A stretch of DNA of 64,000 nt from Thunnus thynnus (Eukaryota): contig NC_089527.1 of assembly GCF_963924715.1 (NCBI RefSeq), positions 28,250,551 to 28,314,550 on the forward strand, read 5' to 3'. The notes under the pieces are model-generated. The model saw only the letters and a program-made list of their open reading frames with translations. It did no database searches and was not told where the DNA came from. Positions within the stretch are counted from its first letter, which is position 1, and every line of letters starts with the position of its first letter. Positions 37,214-49,620 of this stretch are shown here, piece by piece. Made by a program: the position numbers and the translations under genes.

Positions 37214-37294
37214 GCCACCCTCCTTGGCAACCTGAGTGGTCAGGAGCTGAAAACCATGGTGTCCACCAGTGAGCTGCAGAAATCCAGGGGCACA
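37214..37294 (+). CDS. parp4: PARP4 exon
   Basis: ATLLGNLSGQELKTMVSTSELQKSRGT matches human ATLCALIQEKEFRTMVSTTELQKTTGT. The donor is ggcaca|GTaaga. Confidence 0.85.
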
Positions 37295-37514
37295 GTAAGA
37301 ACACACACACTCATGCTCTGTACATCACAACTGACAGATCTCAACAGTATCTGCTGTATATGTTTAAATAATAACACTGTGAAGAGGTGAAACTTTAACA
37401 TTAATTAACTTTAACTAGTTTACCCTACAGAAACTGATGCATGTTGATGGTGATTGTCATAATCATGAGGATGATGAGGTGATGATTGTAATGTGTATTG
37501 ATGTGTGTGTTCAG

Positions 37515-37595
37515 TTTCTTCACAAGCTCACAGCGAGGGCCCTCATCAGGGATTATGAAGACGGAAGCCTTGATACCAGTGAAGCTGAACATGAG
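37515..37595 (+). CDS. parp4: PARP4 exon
   Basis: FLHKLTARALIRDYEDGSLDTSEAEHE matches human MIHKLAARALIRDYEDGILHENETSHE. Confidence 0.9.
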
Positions 37596-37715
37596 GTGTG
37601 TTTGCGTGTGTCAGAGTGAGACCTAAAGCAACCCCCCCACCATCACCACCACCCCTGGTTTACTTTTCTAGCTTGAGCTTGACATGTTGACATAGATTTT
37701 TGCTTTCTTTTACAG

Positions 37716-37811
37716 GGGAAGAAAGCTGAGCTGAAGTCCTTCATCATTGAGTTAAGCAAAGAGTTCAGCATCCTGTCTCAGTTCACCAGCTTTGTGGCCA
37801 TTGAAGAAAGG
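37716..37811 (+). CDS. parp4: PARP4 exon
   Basis: GKKAELKSFIIELSKEFSILSQFTSFVAIEER matches human KKQTLKSLIIKLSKENSLITQFTSFVAVEKR. Confidence 0.9.
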
Positions 37812-37993
37812 GTTTGTGCATTTTTTCAGGCTCCTTTACATTTATACTGTCATTTGTATTCACTTCTGGAAGCTGTTCAGTACAACCAACCCTCCACCCC
37901 AACAACCAGTCACATTACACCCTGGACTTGAAGGATTTGTCACATCGTATTTTGTAGTTCCCAAACAAACCAAACTCCCCTACATTGTTTTAG

Positions 37994-38152
37994 GACTCAG
38001 ACCAAACAGAGGGCTTCACAGACATCCCCAAGTTAATCGCAGAGGAAGATGTTGACTTCCTCCCCTACATCAGCTGGATGTCTCGTCAGGACTCCAGAGA
38101 GGAAAAGGAAGTGGAGTGTTTTGATGATGCTTGTGACAGTTGGTCTATGGAG
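37994..38152 (+). CDS. parp4: PARP4 exon
   Basis: DSDQTEGFTDIPKLIAEEDVDFLPYISWMSRQDSREEKEVECFDDACDSWSME matches human DENESPFPDIPKVSELIAKEDVDFLPYMSWQGEPQEAVRNQ. Confidence 0.9.
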
Positions 38153-38231
38153 GTAACCTAATGCTGTGTGTAGTGTAATCAGGAGTTTTACCAAGTTCCA
38201 CTTTTATGAGCTGCATTTGTCTCTGTTGCAG

Positions 38232-38294
38232 AAAGTGTTGGTTGGATCGTGTTGGACTGAAGTGGATGGGGCGTCCTCTCTCTCTTCATCCACG
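38232..38294 (+). CDS. parp4: PARP4 candidate small exon (phase 0 in and out, optional to the frame chain)
   Basis: KVLVGSCWTEVDGASSLSSST; the CWTE motif resembles human ...LLDLSWTESCKPTATE. The acceptor is tgttgcag| and the donor is acg|GTtagt. Confidence 0.5.
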
Positions 38295-38906
38295 GTTAGT
38301 CCCCTCAGCATAAACTGTAGCTGCAGATTTGTTATTTAAGGGGTGACAATAAATACATTTTTTAAACAGAGCTGCTTTTTTGTGCATGGACAGTGTAAAA
38401 AATAAACAATCATGTTTCTTTCAAAAGTGCTGGTGTCACAACACCTGTAAAACCCACGGCTGCAACGCGCCTGTCTGGCACAAGCACATATAATTGTCAA
38501 AGCAGGGCAATGCCCAGCGCTCCTTTGCTGTGGTACATTATTCTAAGTCTTCCCACATGTGCTTCACAAAGAATGCATTTTAATGTGAAGCAGGCAGAAG
38601 CAGGCCATTATTGTAAAAGCTACTTTAGGGTGTGTTAACAGCAAGGTCAGCTAAAGGTTTTCGTGATACAATCAATCTAACAACAGATTTAGACATTGTC
38701 CTGCACTTTATGAAGAAGAAGAAGTCGGACACAAAATAATATGTACTACATTTTTGACAACGCACGATGAAGGAAAGTCAGATCAGGAAATGTGATGATT
38801 GATGAACATCAATGAACTTTTAGTTTATAGTTGTTCAGTCTAAATTTGTGAAAAATTAGGCCCTGACTCCCTTTGTGTTTTCTTCATAATTTCTCTCCTT
38901 TTGCAG

Positions 38907-39952
38907 GATTCCTCTTCTCTGGAGGACATTGTTCACAAAAGGAGTCGGAGCATGAGCTTCATGGAAGACGGAGATGAAGTGATGGAATGTCTTTTAGGGA
39001 GAGAGAGTCCAATTGATCTGCACTTGGTGGGAGGTTTCCATCTTCCTGCTCCCCCTCCTCCTCAGGAAAATTCTTCATTTTCCCAACCCCAAGCATCTCC
39101 AGTCCCTCCACCTCCACCTCCCCCTCCTTTAATTCACTCTTCATCCCTGTCATTTGATTGTCTTCCTTCTCCTCCTTGTTTTATGTCTCCTCCTGCACCT
39201 AAAAGTGTTCTTTACCATAATGAAAGGCAACGTGTATTCAGTGAGTCACCACAGATGCACAAGAGTTTCAGGAGCTTAGGGATACCCAGTTGTGGGCAAA
39301 AAATGTCTCATAGTGATGTGCGGGCGGAATACAGATCGCACCACAGATCTTATGTGCCAACTAAGGTGTTGAGACAAAAGCTGTCAGCTAAATTTGCAGA
39401 CACAGAGGAGAGTTCCACTGACTCTGAGGAACACACAGCTGGACCTGCATCTGCTCCAGATGATCACTCAGATGATTTTGCAAGATCAGAGCCATCTCTT
39501 GGAGGCTCAGTGTTCGCAGCTGAAACAAAAAGCTTCTCTTTTGTTGAGGCCAAACCTAATTCTGCAGTTCAACAACAGCAAGCTATGGCAGCAATCTATG
39601 GGAAAAGGGGCAAGTCAATCCAAGTTCAACCCCTTAACCCAGATCATCCAACAGAAGATGGCGCTCCAAGTCCAGTTTACGCACGAACAGCTTCTTATAG
39701 AGAAGCGAGTTTGCAAGGGTGCTCTTTATATACAAATGAATTGATGTCTGAAGCAGACATCGCACCAACAGATTTTTCTTTTGGGGCAAAACTGGCCCAG
39801 AGTGAACCTGCAGCTGGTGGAGGTTTACCTGTTTCATGGGGGAGGACTGCACTATTCAGACTAGATCGCCCTTCAGCTGGGTTCACAGTACAATCAGCAA
39901 CTGCAGTGTCTTTAAGCAAGGAGCATCCTTATCCTCTTCATCTATCCTCCAT
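38907..39952 (+). CDS. parp4: PARP4 long proline/serine-rich exon (1046 nt), the low-complexity region between the vWA domain and the C-terminal MVP-interaction domain
   Basis: ORF 38901..39956, 351 aa: DSSSLEDIVHKRSRSMSFMEDGDE...LPAPPPPQENSSFSQPQASPVPPPPPPPPLIHSS...SPPAPKS.... It is analogous to the human PARP4 Pro/Ser-rich region. The acceptor is ttttgcag| and the donor is ccat|GTgagt. It ends in phase 2. Confidence 0.8.
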
Positions 39953-40274
39953 GTGAGTCTCAAAACAATTATTCATTTTTTAGATTTGCTTCATTTGAGA
40001 AAATCATAATGTAAACACAATTTTACAACAACAAAATATTTTAAATGGTGGCAAGGCTGTGGGTGACAAAATGGATAGTCTGGATCATCTCCCTGTTAAT
40101 TGTTCTGTGTGTATGTGCATCTACATGTATGCAGGTGAAAAGGAGAAAGTCAGCATAAGTGTGTTTATCTATAGTATGTTTACCTGTCTGAATGCATGTG
40201 CTTTATTCATATATAACAGTTGTCACACTATTGTCAATATTTACTAAGACTGTCCTGCTGTGATCATGTTTCAG

Positions 40275-40341
40275 GAACATGTCCGCAGATCCTGAAAAAC
40301 TGAAGCTCAAATGGACAAAGATTTTCCAGATGCAGCATTCA
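40275..40341 (+). CDS. parp4: PARP4 exon: C-terminal region
   Basis: (M)NMSADPEKLKLKWTKIFQMQHS matches human ...QDAVPWTELLSLQTE. The donor is cattca|GTaaga. It restores phase 0. Confidence 0.65.
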
Positions 40342-41845
40342 GTAAGATATGTTAAAATGTCATTGGGTGTGAAGCCAAGGAACAGATCAGTTTTAGATGT
40401 GTGTAGAAAAGATTTGTTTTCATCATGGCTGCATTTTATGCAGATATAGCAGTTCCAGGGCCCTGGTATTGTTGGTATCAAGCTCCTAAATTAAATCTTT
40501 GCTTTTGTTAGCGCCAAGTTCAAATGTTGGCTATATTAGCTATGGTTTATCCAATTCCAATCCTTTCTTTTTTGTAACCCATTGATCTCTGGGACTTCTG
40601 GTTGTCACAAAGGCTCAGTTGTGCTTTCTTTCCAGTGTAAGGTAGTACAGTGGTGGCGTGCGTCAGTAAGCAGTTGCTTTGCGTCTGTTGTAGCAACATT
40701 CCTGTTATGTTCTGCCATAGTTTCAAAAGTACAGTTTAAATTTTTATATAGTCATTTTCATTAGATGTCATGCTTACTTAATGGCTTTTCTTACAATCCA
40801 ACATAGAAAGCATTTTAAGCAGTGTTTTAGAAGTGTTTTTGACCTCCGTCACTTGTGCGTCTCACAGAACAGATATGCTTCCATTTTATTAAATGTATCA
40901 GTCCACACTGAATCCAAGAGACATGCATCTACCCAGGACCCCCTGCATTTTTTTACGCTCTGAGTCGAGTATTTTTTATATCCTCTTCCTCATTTCAAGG
41001 GGTGTAATCTGCACAGTCAGCTGTTCAAATCGCACAAATATCCTGCTGTATATGTGTTTTGAACTTATTAACGGTATCAACATTGATTGATCAAGGCTCC
41101 CAGTCTGTCTGTGAGCTGCCTGTTTCACTCACTCAGGAAGATTCCCCTCACTTGTTCTGGTGGGCAGGGAAATAAAATCAATGAATCAATAAATACAAAC
41201 ACTGTTGATTTCCTCACATGGAGCCGACATGCAAACTATTTTGGTTTAGTACATTTCTGCTGACAGTCAGCCTGGTGAAGACAGACGGCTGCTTCTGTGG
41301 ACAAAGACACTGAACACAGGTCGGAGTCGGTGTGGCTTGAATGGATAAAACATGTTTACGCATGGCTCACTTTCTATGTGGATTCCCAGTTAGCAAACAA
41401 TTTCTGTGCCATTATACATAACGTGTAACATATTACATTGAATTACATTAATTTAGCAGAAGAAACTTACAATAGCTGTGCTCAACTTCAGCATAGGTTT
41501 TTGTCAGGCTGACAAAATATATTGATACACACTTACATGTATCCATACATTTGTCATTTAATATTATGCTCATGTTAGAGCTGGGGAGAAGCTGTGGCTC
41601 TCATCTGTTGCATCTCAGTGTGAATAGATTGTTTGAATGGAAAAGTTTTGGCCTACTGTTTAATCTTTTCTTTGATTAAAAAAAAAACGTTTTAGCTACC
41701 CTATACTATAACCACTCTTGCTGTACTAGCAGTCCACAGGGAAGAGGGACATACTGTATAGTATATATTATACATTCTAGTGGCATTGTTCTTACCACTT
41801 TGCATAGAAAATGACAAATTGTGATATTTGTCTGTATGGTTGCAG

Positions 41846-41948
41846 GCGGGCTACTGGGAGTTAACAACAGAACTGGGGCAATTCATGAATATCAACGTAG
41901 ACCTCTTTGCCAACGTGTTCCTGAAAAACAAGGGCATCTGTTCTCTAG
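41846..41948 (+). CDS. parp4: PARP4 exon: C-terminal MVP-interaction region
   Basis: AGYWELTTELGQFMNINVDLFANVFLKNKGICSLG matches human DGFWKLTPELGLILNLNTNGLHSFLKQKGIQSLG. Confidence 0.9.
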
Positions 41949-42375
41949 GTGAGCATTTCCTCAACCTGTTTCAGGCCTACAGAGTGGAAATAGCTTTGTT
42001 ATTTCTGATCAAGTTGAGTAATTCTAACTTCTTGTTGGGAGTAGAGAATTAGGATGAAGCAGTGATAACAGAAATATTCACATCATTTGCTCAAGTAAAA
42101 CTACCATAATGGAAAATTGCTCAATTACAATTTAGATTTAACATTTTACTTAAAAGCAAAAGACTGTAAGCTTTAAAAGGCCCTGAAAACCTATTTTCTC
42201 ATTCAACTTCTTATCATGATCTACGGGTTCCTACATGAGCACAGCATTTTCTGCTCAAAGAGGTCTGTGGCCTGCCTTTAAAAACTGATACAGATATCTC
42301 AGCCAAAGTCTGAGCTTTGGTTCTCACTAGTTCCAACCAATGTTAAAGACATGCATAAATGTGTATGTGGTCTAG

Positions 42376-42508
42376 GTTTGAGAGCCCATGCTGACATCCT
42401 GAGGCTGGTGGCGACTCTTCTGGTTCTGCAGCTGATGAGGGTGGAGAAGCTGGAGGAAGGAAAACTTCTCCGCACACTTTTCTGCCTGAATGACTCCTCA
42501 CAGCCCAG
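42376..42508 (+). CDS. parp4: PARP4 exon: C-terminal region
   Basis: (G)LRAHADILRLVATLLVLQLMRVEKLEEGKLLRTLFCLNDSSQP matches human VKGRECLLDLIATMLVLQFIRTRLEKEGIVFKSLMKMDDPSIS. Confidence 0.9.
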
Positions 42509-42995
42509 GTCAGTCCACAACAACATGAATAGAGTGAAATTAATTTAAAATGATTAACTTGTTTGCTATTTGTAGAGACACATCAACCGAGTCTAAACTT
42601 GGCACCTAATGAAACTAAAATACAAGTTCAAAACAAGACATGAAGCCTGACTCATGTTAGGTTCAAGTAGAATCACATGTGGGTTACAAAATACAACAGA
42701 TTTAAAACATCATTCAAAAATACAACATAACAAGAAATTCAGAATCCAGCAAAAAAAGTTAGAAGAGGAACTAATCTATACAAGTATCAGCACTTTAGTT
42801 AAACATGACCTTGAATTGCCCAATGCCCTTTAAGGTGCTACTTATAATTTAACTTGCCTTGTTTAACCTAATTTACTAATTTGTGAAAGTATCTTAATTT
42901 ATACTAAGTTTCTTGTCTTAATTATTTTGTGAGCCTAGGTATCACTATTCCCTGAGTGGCTTACTCTTTTGTTAATGACTGACTTTTTCTTTTAG

Positions 42996-43215
42996 GCCTG
43001 AGCGGTGGGAGAAAGTGAAAAGGGCGGTGGACTGGGTATGCTGGGCTGACCAGCAGTACCCGTGTGTCTACAGCCGGTTGGAGTTTGGTTTGAGCTGGGA
43101 ATCCTCCACCCGTCAGCTGCTAGGCTATGAAAGTCTCCTTCCCTTCTCACCTCTCAGTGGTCTGAACCTGCAGGGGACCGCAGCGCCTCTGCTAGTCCAC
43201 AAAGCAGGCCAATAA
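42996..43215 (+). CDS. parp4: PARP4 terminal coding exon with stop codon TAA at 43213-43215
   Basis: (R)PERWEKVKRAVDWVCWADQQYPCVYSRLEFGLSWESSTRQLLGYESLLPFSPLSGLNLQGTAAPLLVHKAGQ* matches human RNIPWAFEAIKQASEWVRRTEGQYPSICPRLELGNDWDSATKQLLGLQPISTVSPLHRVLHYSQG*. There are candidate poly(A) signals AATAAA at about 43557 and about 43737. Confidence 0.9.
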
Positions 43216-43556
43216 TACTGAGGGAGCATGAAGAGAAGATAGTGTCAAAGAAATTGAAGCCTTTTTGAGGGGATGAGATTATCTTTTAGATTTATTTGTA
43301 CATGCATATGCACATATTTCTTTGCCTTATTTAAAGCATTTTGAACCCTCTGTCAGTGTGTTTAAATGCACATCAGTAAGCAGGATATAGTCAGCTTTAT
43401 GCAGTAACGTGATTTCTGAAACAAGTAACCTGTTTTCCTTAATTGGGGTTGTGGATTTGAGAAACCAGATTTCTCCAGCTAGATTTCTCATGGAGAGTTT
43501 CTGTACGGTATATGGGTATCTAGAGTTCTAATTGTCTTTTTACATAAGCACATGCA

Positions 43557-43562
43557 TAATAA
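43557..43562 (+). promoter_or_regulatory. parp4: Candidate PARP4 polyadenylation signal AATAAA
   Basis: catgcataataaagcctt lies about 340 nt after the stop. It is the first canonical hexamer in the 3' flank. Another is at about 43737. Confidence 0.35.
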
Positions 43563-46500
43563 AGCCTTCAGAAACGGAAAGCATAACTGTATGTGCATTT
43601 CCATCCATCTGTTTTACGAGCATTTTCAATTTGAGCAAAAAAAAAAAAGCATGTGAGTGGAAACACTGAAAATCTCATCATTGGCTGATGTAGAAAAGTT
43701 GATGTGTCCATATAAACAAAATGCAACAAAGTGCAAATAAAACAGACTTAGCGAATAAATCAAGTCACATACTGTAAATAAGGTATGAAACATATTTACA
43801 GGGAATATGTATGGAATAGTCTATAGGTGGTGTGACGGCCTTCTGCTGTCAGCTCTATACATTGTGTTATGCTTTCATCATTGTGGTGCAATCTATTCTG
43901 TTTAATTAGAGCTGGGCAATGCTGTAGTGTCACCCATCAGCTGGTGAGGGATTTCCCTCCTTGTCATGGCCTCCAGACTACCTATTTGTATTCTACGTCT
44001 TCAGCTGGTCTTCTCCTCCTTGTCACTGGCATTAACCATCAATCTCAAGCTTGCACGGACAATTGTCTAAACTGATAAATGTCACTCAGTGCAAACACCT
44101 GGGGTGGCTGTGATTTGATCTGAGCAGCATCTTTGTTGTATTATTAACTCAGTTATCCTGTGATAGTTAACCCTGCTGTTGGCTTCAGGCTTGTGTGAAA
44201 TTTGTTGTACGGTTAACTCATTGAGGCACTCGGTTAGCGGCTCTGGGACTGGGCAGTAGGTTTTAGATTGTTTTGTTATTTTCTTACATTTGTTAGCCCA
44301 TGCTCATGCACCACACCTAGTAGCCCGTCTGTCTATTCTGAACACCAGGCTTAAGGGGTGGTTGTTTGTGTTGTACTTCTGTTTTTATAGGTAAGAATAA
44401 TGAAGTCAGACAGGTATTGTTTTGTTTTGTTAACCTGGTTTTCGCATCAGTGAGTTAGTGGGGATCTGTTGGAATAGGAAGTGAAATTTTGTTTTATTTG
44501 TTTCTTTGTTTTGGGTCCACCCGCAGCCCTTTCTTTTGTTGCTTGCCTCAGTTATTTAATCACACTGAGTTTTTTTTTGATTATTTGGTGTTAATGTTTC
44601 AGTTGTAAGTCTGCAAATTCTTTTATTGTGACCGTAAACAATAAACAGTAGTGCCTGCCTGACAACATCAGTGTTTTGTTGCTTCCCTAAGTCTTAATTC
44701 TTTCACTTCTGTAACAGGTGGTAAGTTACTCACATAATGTTAGATCTGCAAAATCACTTTCTGCCACCCAGTTGGCATGTTTTAGCATATACTGCTAGTT
44801 GTGTTTACATGAAGCAACACTGTGAACAATGTATAATGGTTTCTGCCTTAGATAACCGGATACTCCCTGCTAATGTGGACAAGGCACTGGCAGAAGGCTG
44901 TCCTCTACCTCTGACCGAGGTATCGATCACCAGCTGTTGTTGAATCACTCTAGTCAGTAATGCATGACAGCCAAATTACAAAAAAATGTGTGGGTAAAAA
45001 TAGGTGTTGGAGGTTTGAAAGTACTCCAAGTTGACCCTTTAATAGGATATCTCTGGAGGAGGCCCACTCTGCCAGTTGAGGGCGCTCGCCCGGTTTCATA
45101 GGGTGACGTCAATGCCCTGACCCTTACATTTTTTGCCAGTTCAATAGATGTAATAAACCTTTCAATCAATTATGTTTCTTATAGATTCTACACTGAAATT
45201 ATACCTCTCTCACAGGTGCATCAGGTTAATTTCAATTAACAGATCTAGACCTGTCCAAAACTGTTAATCAATAAATATTGCATGTTTATTCTTAGCAATT
45301 CCCATTATAAATTTTCAGTATAAATTAATTTAGATCTCATGTCAGCCATATCTCAGGGGGGGGCGTCTTTCTTACCTTACAGGGACAACCAGAAGACCTC
45401 GCAGATGAGCACAAGCCAGGAACTTTGGTTGGAGTGTATAAAAATACAAACCAGTTTTATTTGGTTTTTACAAAACTGAGTATTACAAAATGTAAAAAGT
45501 AAAATACAAAACTTGAATGCAAAAGTTAAAAAAGAGACAAACCCTCTTTAGGATTTAAAGGGGTCAAAAAGGCCATAGAAGCAAAAAAGAGCAACAAAGG
45601 CCAAAATGCAGAAAAAGCCCCAAGACCTCTTTTATATCATTCATCTTAAAGCATCTACATCTCAAATCTATATATGGTCACCAACCAGAACATCATCAAA
45701 TATTTTCAAGACTTCACGGTCACAGGTCAAGGATGCAGAGTGTCTGTGTCAGGTGCAGACACAGCTTGCTTTGCAGGCCACCAGATTCCTGCTGATCTAA
45801 GCAGGAGTGTTAACGTGCACTTGCACAAAAGTGTAGTTACAATTCAGCTCAACTGACAAAATTTTCCATCATGTATTAGTTAATTGTCAATTTTCATTGA
45901 GTCTTTGCAGAGGATTATTTTAGAGGTAGGTTTGGTTTACTATGAACTATGACTACAAATTACAAGCACAGATAGCACAGATAATATCTGTGCTAATGCC
46001 TATCTTATTGCACACAATAGGTCTTTTAGCACATGATTTTATATTCTGTACAATTATTGTACAATAAACTGTTAATGGGAGCCCATTCATGAATTGGCTG
46101 CACACAAATTGTTTCAAACATCCAGTTTCAAACAAAAGAAACATTGCTTTCATTTATCCCTAAACACAACCACAATGTAAAGCAATGTTTTTGTCTTGTG
46201 ACCCCTTTCAAATGAAGCAACGTCTACTTGTTAGACTAGGTTGACTACTTCAACCAAAGAGCAATTTGTTTTTCTTGTTTTATTATAAAATCCAGGAATT
46301 AACAAGACAAAAGCAAAGATTAAGACCAATAACCAGAATTTATAACCAGTCTTATATGGGTTCAGTGTTCAATTGCAGAAACCCTCAGGGAGCCAGGAAA
46401 AATGCTCCCTAGAAATTGTCTTTACTTACTTTCTCCGTCACGCTGAAGAGAAAACAAACTGGTTGATCTCCTGTTGAGAACCACTTAAGCCTGCTGTACA

Positions 46501-47528
46501 AAGGGGATGCATGTCGTTTACCATCTGAGAGGTGGCCATAGTCACTAATTACATGCACCAGTACTGTCCTTAAATTCCTCACAAATGGGTTTGCAAACAA
46601 AACAAACTGGTAACTAATGCTGCTCCCTTCCAACATCCACAAAAGCACACACTTGTTTAGACTGGTTACTCTAAAGTAACCAGTCTAAACAAAAGAACAA
46701 AAATCTTGGGGGATACTCCCAAAAATTTTAAACCAAAAATACCAAAGGTACTTTAATCAACACTGCTAAAAAGCACCCATTCAATTTAGCATTTAGAAGT
46801 CACAAGTGTCACAAACAAAAATTATCACCAACACCAACTGTCCAATTCAACCAAACTAGCCTAGGTTTAACTTCACCAAAACATTACTCCATTACTCAGG
46901 GTAAAAGTCGAAACATTATTTATTATCTGTTATCAACCAAACAGCAGGTAGCATCTTCTAAGATGTTTTTGTGATTTCACCTCAGGCAAATATTTTATCA
47001 ATCAGAGGACAGAGGACATTTGTTGGACTACAAGAATATCTTTGACGAGACAACTCACTGCTGGAGAAGGGAAAAAATAAAGTTTTGACTTCTCCCTTAA
47101 AGTATGCAAGGGGTCACTATGACACAAAATCACAGATCAAGATGATGAATCTGAATGACTGTGGTGATAAGTCGCCAATCTAACTAAATAGTATGAATAC
47201 TTTCTCAGTTTTCCCTATAATTATCACATTTACATTATATAGTCCATCCCAGAAATCTTCTAAAAACACCTATACTCACAAACTCCATAGGATATCTATT
47301 TCTAGGAAATTATTATAAAACTAAAGCAACTGTCAAATGAGGCTTTTAGACTTCTGTATTTGTTCACGTGACAACAAACTATTTTCATTGCTTCTGAAAG
47401 ATGTGACTTCCTCAACAGTTGATAAAACTGAGAAACTGAAACCACGAGACAGTTTCATCTTCTAGAGTACAAGTACAGCAGCCCATGCTGCACAGCTAAC
47501 CCCCCTAGGAAATAGTTGCTTTTGAACA

Positions 47529-47598
47529 ATGGAAGATGTCTATGTCAATGATGAACCTAAGAAACAAGTTGACTCAGGACCTTCTACAAATCAGACAG
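47529..47598 (+). CDS. C-type lectin (CD209/CLEC4-like, type II membrane) copy 1, exon 1: cytoplasmic tail
   Basis: MEDVYVNDEPKKQVDSGPSTNQT(G). The donor is acag|GTaaat. Confidence 0.75.
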
Positions 47599-47712
47599 GT
47601 AAATTCAGTCAGACAGAGAAGCTGACAGATTGAGCTGTGAATAGTATGCTTTTAATCTGTCATTAGTCCTGTTTTATAATTGATTGGATTCACTGGTCTT
47701 TTCTCTGTTCAG

Positions 47713-47811
47713 GTTTGAGTAGTTCAGAGAAGAGATTTCATGGAGCTGTTCTCTGTCTGGGGCTGCTGACTGTTTTCCTGCTGGCTGGACTCATCGGCCT
47801 CAGTGTCTACT
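47713..47811 (+). CDS. CLEC copy 1 exon 2: transmembrane segment
   Basis: (G)LSSSEKRFHGAVLCLGLLTVFLLAGLIGLSVY; this is a hydrophobic signal-anchor. The acceptor is ctgttcag| and the donor is tact|GTgagt. Confidence 0.8.
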
Positions 47812-48209
47812 GTGAGTCTGGTTTTCATAAATTAACATCAGAGTGAACCTGTTATTTTCAAGAACGTTATTCTACTTTGAAAGATTAACATGTTTTACCA
47901 AAATATTTATTTGACACCCTGGCTTGTCTGTGTTTATCCTCTTTCTTGACTTTTTTCAACCCTTTCCTTTTCTTTCTACTGATGACAGCTGCACAGATTT
48001 CATTCAGTGAGTTTCACTTTAGCCACTGCGTGGAGGTATTTCATAGACTGTATAAGCATACAGTTTGACTTGATTGATGAACATCTTTTATAATTGTGGA
48101 GGAAAACTAAGAAATGTTTTTGATTTGACTCAAAAACAGAAACTAGTTAGTATCAGTATTGATACTTAAGGTATTTTGTGTTTAAGAAACGTATCATGAT
48201 ATATTTCAG

Positions 48210-48347
48210 ACCTTGACTTGGTACGTGGTTTAGCTGAAGAACTCTCCACTATCAAAGCAAATCTGACTGAAGAGAGAGACCTGCTGAATGCCAGCCTCAC
48301 TGAAATAACTGAAGAGCTACACTGGCTTCGGATTTTGTCTGCACAGG
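48210..48347 (+). CDS. CLEC copy 1 exon 3: coiled-coil neck
   Basis: (Y)LDLVRGLAEELSTIKANLTEERDLLNASLTEITEELHWLRILSAQ has heptad-like periodicity typical of a DC-SIGN/CD23 neck. It is in frame with ORF 48218..48478. Confidence 0.75.
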
Positions 48348-49620
48348 GTGAGTCATTGTCTGTGTGGGCACTGAACAGCTGTTTCTTAACACGAAGGTCA
48401 GGACCTGCCACAGCATCACGTATCAAACCCATGATCAGAAAACATGCTCAAATGATACTTATATCCAACACTCTGTAAACTATATTTACTGTCAGTTTGC
48501 CTTGTCCCAGTAACTTAATTGCAACCTTTCAAATTATTCAGGCTTAAAGCACTTATCCCCCTCAGAAATCTAAAGAGTCCTTCCTAAGTCCTGTAAAGAG
48601 GAAGTGACTTTAGTATCACAAGCTGTAACATAACAAAAATAACAGTTTTAGGGACCAAAAGATTAAATAATAGTAAAAATAATAGTATTCATGCAGTTTA
48701 CAGTGAGAGGGAAATATCCGATTATGCTAAGCTAACCACCATCATTTGGTCATTTTGTCAAATATTGGCATAAAATTATAATTTGAAGTTTAATGTGTTT
48801 TTTCTTTTGATTTAAAAAAATGTGAAATTTATAGTGTCAGGACAGATGTGTCAAAAGAATTGCATATGACTTCTTTTACTCTTTCAACGTGTCAGATATT
48901 AGTAAGTTAACGTTAGGCTTGTTCATTCAGCAAGGTTACGCAACAGTTTCACCTGGCAGTTAGTAGGCATAAATCTGGTAACAACTCATCTCTACTTAAC
49001 AACTAGTTTGTGTGGTTCAACCAGTTTTAATTTAGTGATTCATAAATCTGCACTTAGTAAAAACTTACATTATAACCAATATGAACAAACAGGTGGTGCA
49101 TTCGGCTCCTGAAGTCTCAGTCCAAATGTTATGTTTTGAATTGGGCCTAAATTTCTGATAAAAATAAATGTTGTGACTTTGTCTATGTGTAGCTACATTA
49201 CCAGTCGTATGCAGCAGTGACGTCACTGCTAATGTCTTCCCCGTTGAATGTATATAAATATGAACGTCATGACAGCTCCGCAAAAGTGAAGCCAAAATAT
49301 CTCGATCGCCCCTGTGGCTGGCTGCAGTATAGGTCATAAATCCCACCCCCTCCATGTATAGAGATGGGACATGAGCCAAACTAAAAAATCAAGTAGCCTA
49401 CATGTCAAATAAACTTTTCCCAAAGATGGTTTCTGTCATGTTAGGTAGTTTTTATCACGCTCATTTTTCTGATAAGTTTGTTTTTAATTAGTTATTTCAC
49501 TATTTAAAAACAGGGTGTGATGTCATGATTGACAGCTGTGACAGCCACTCTCAAACCTTTGTCAGGCGGTGGAATGGCTGAGGGGGCATGTCCCATGGGC
49601 TGTCATCCCACTGCCCAACT

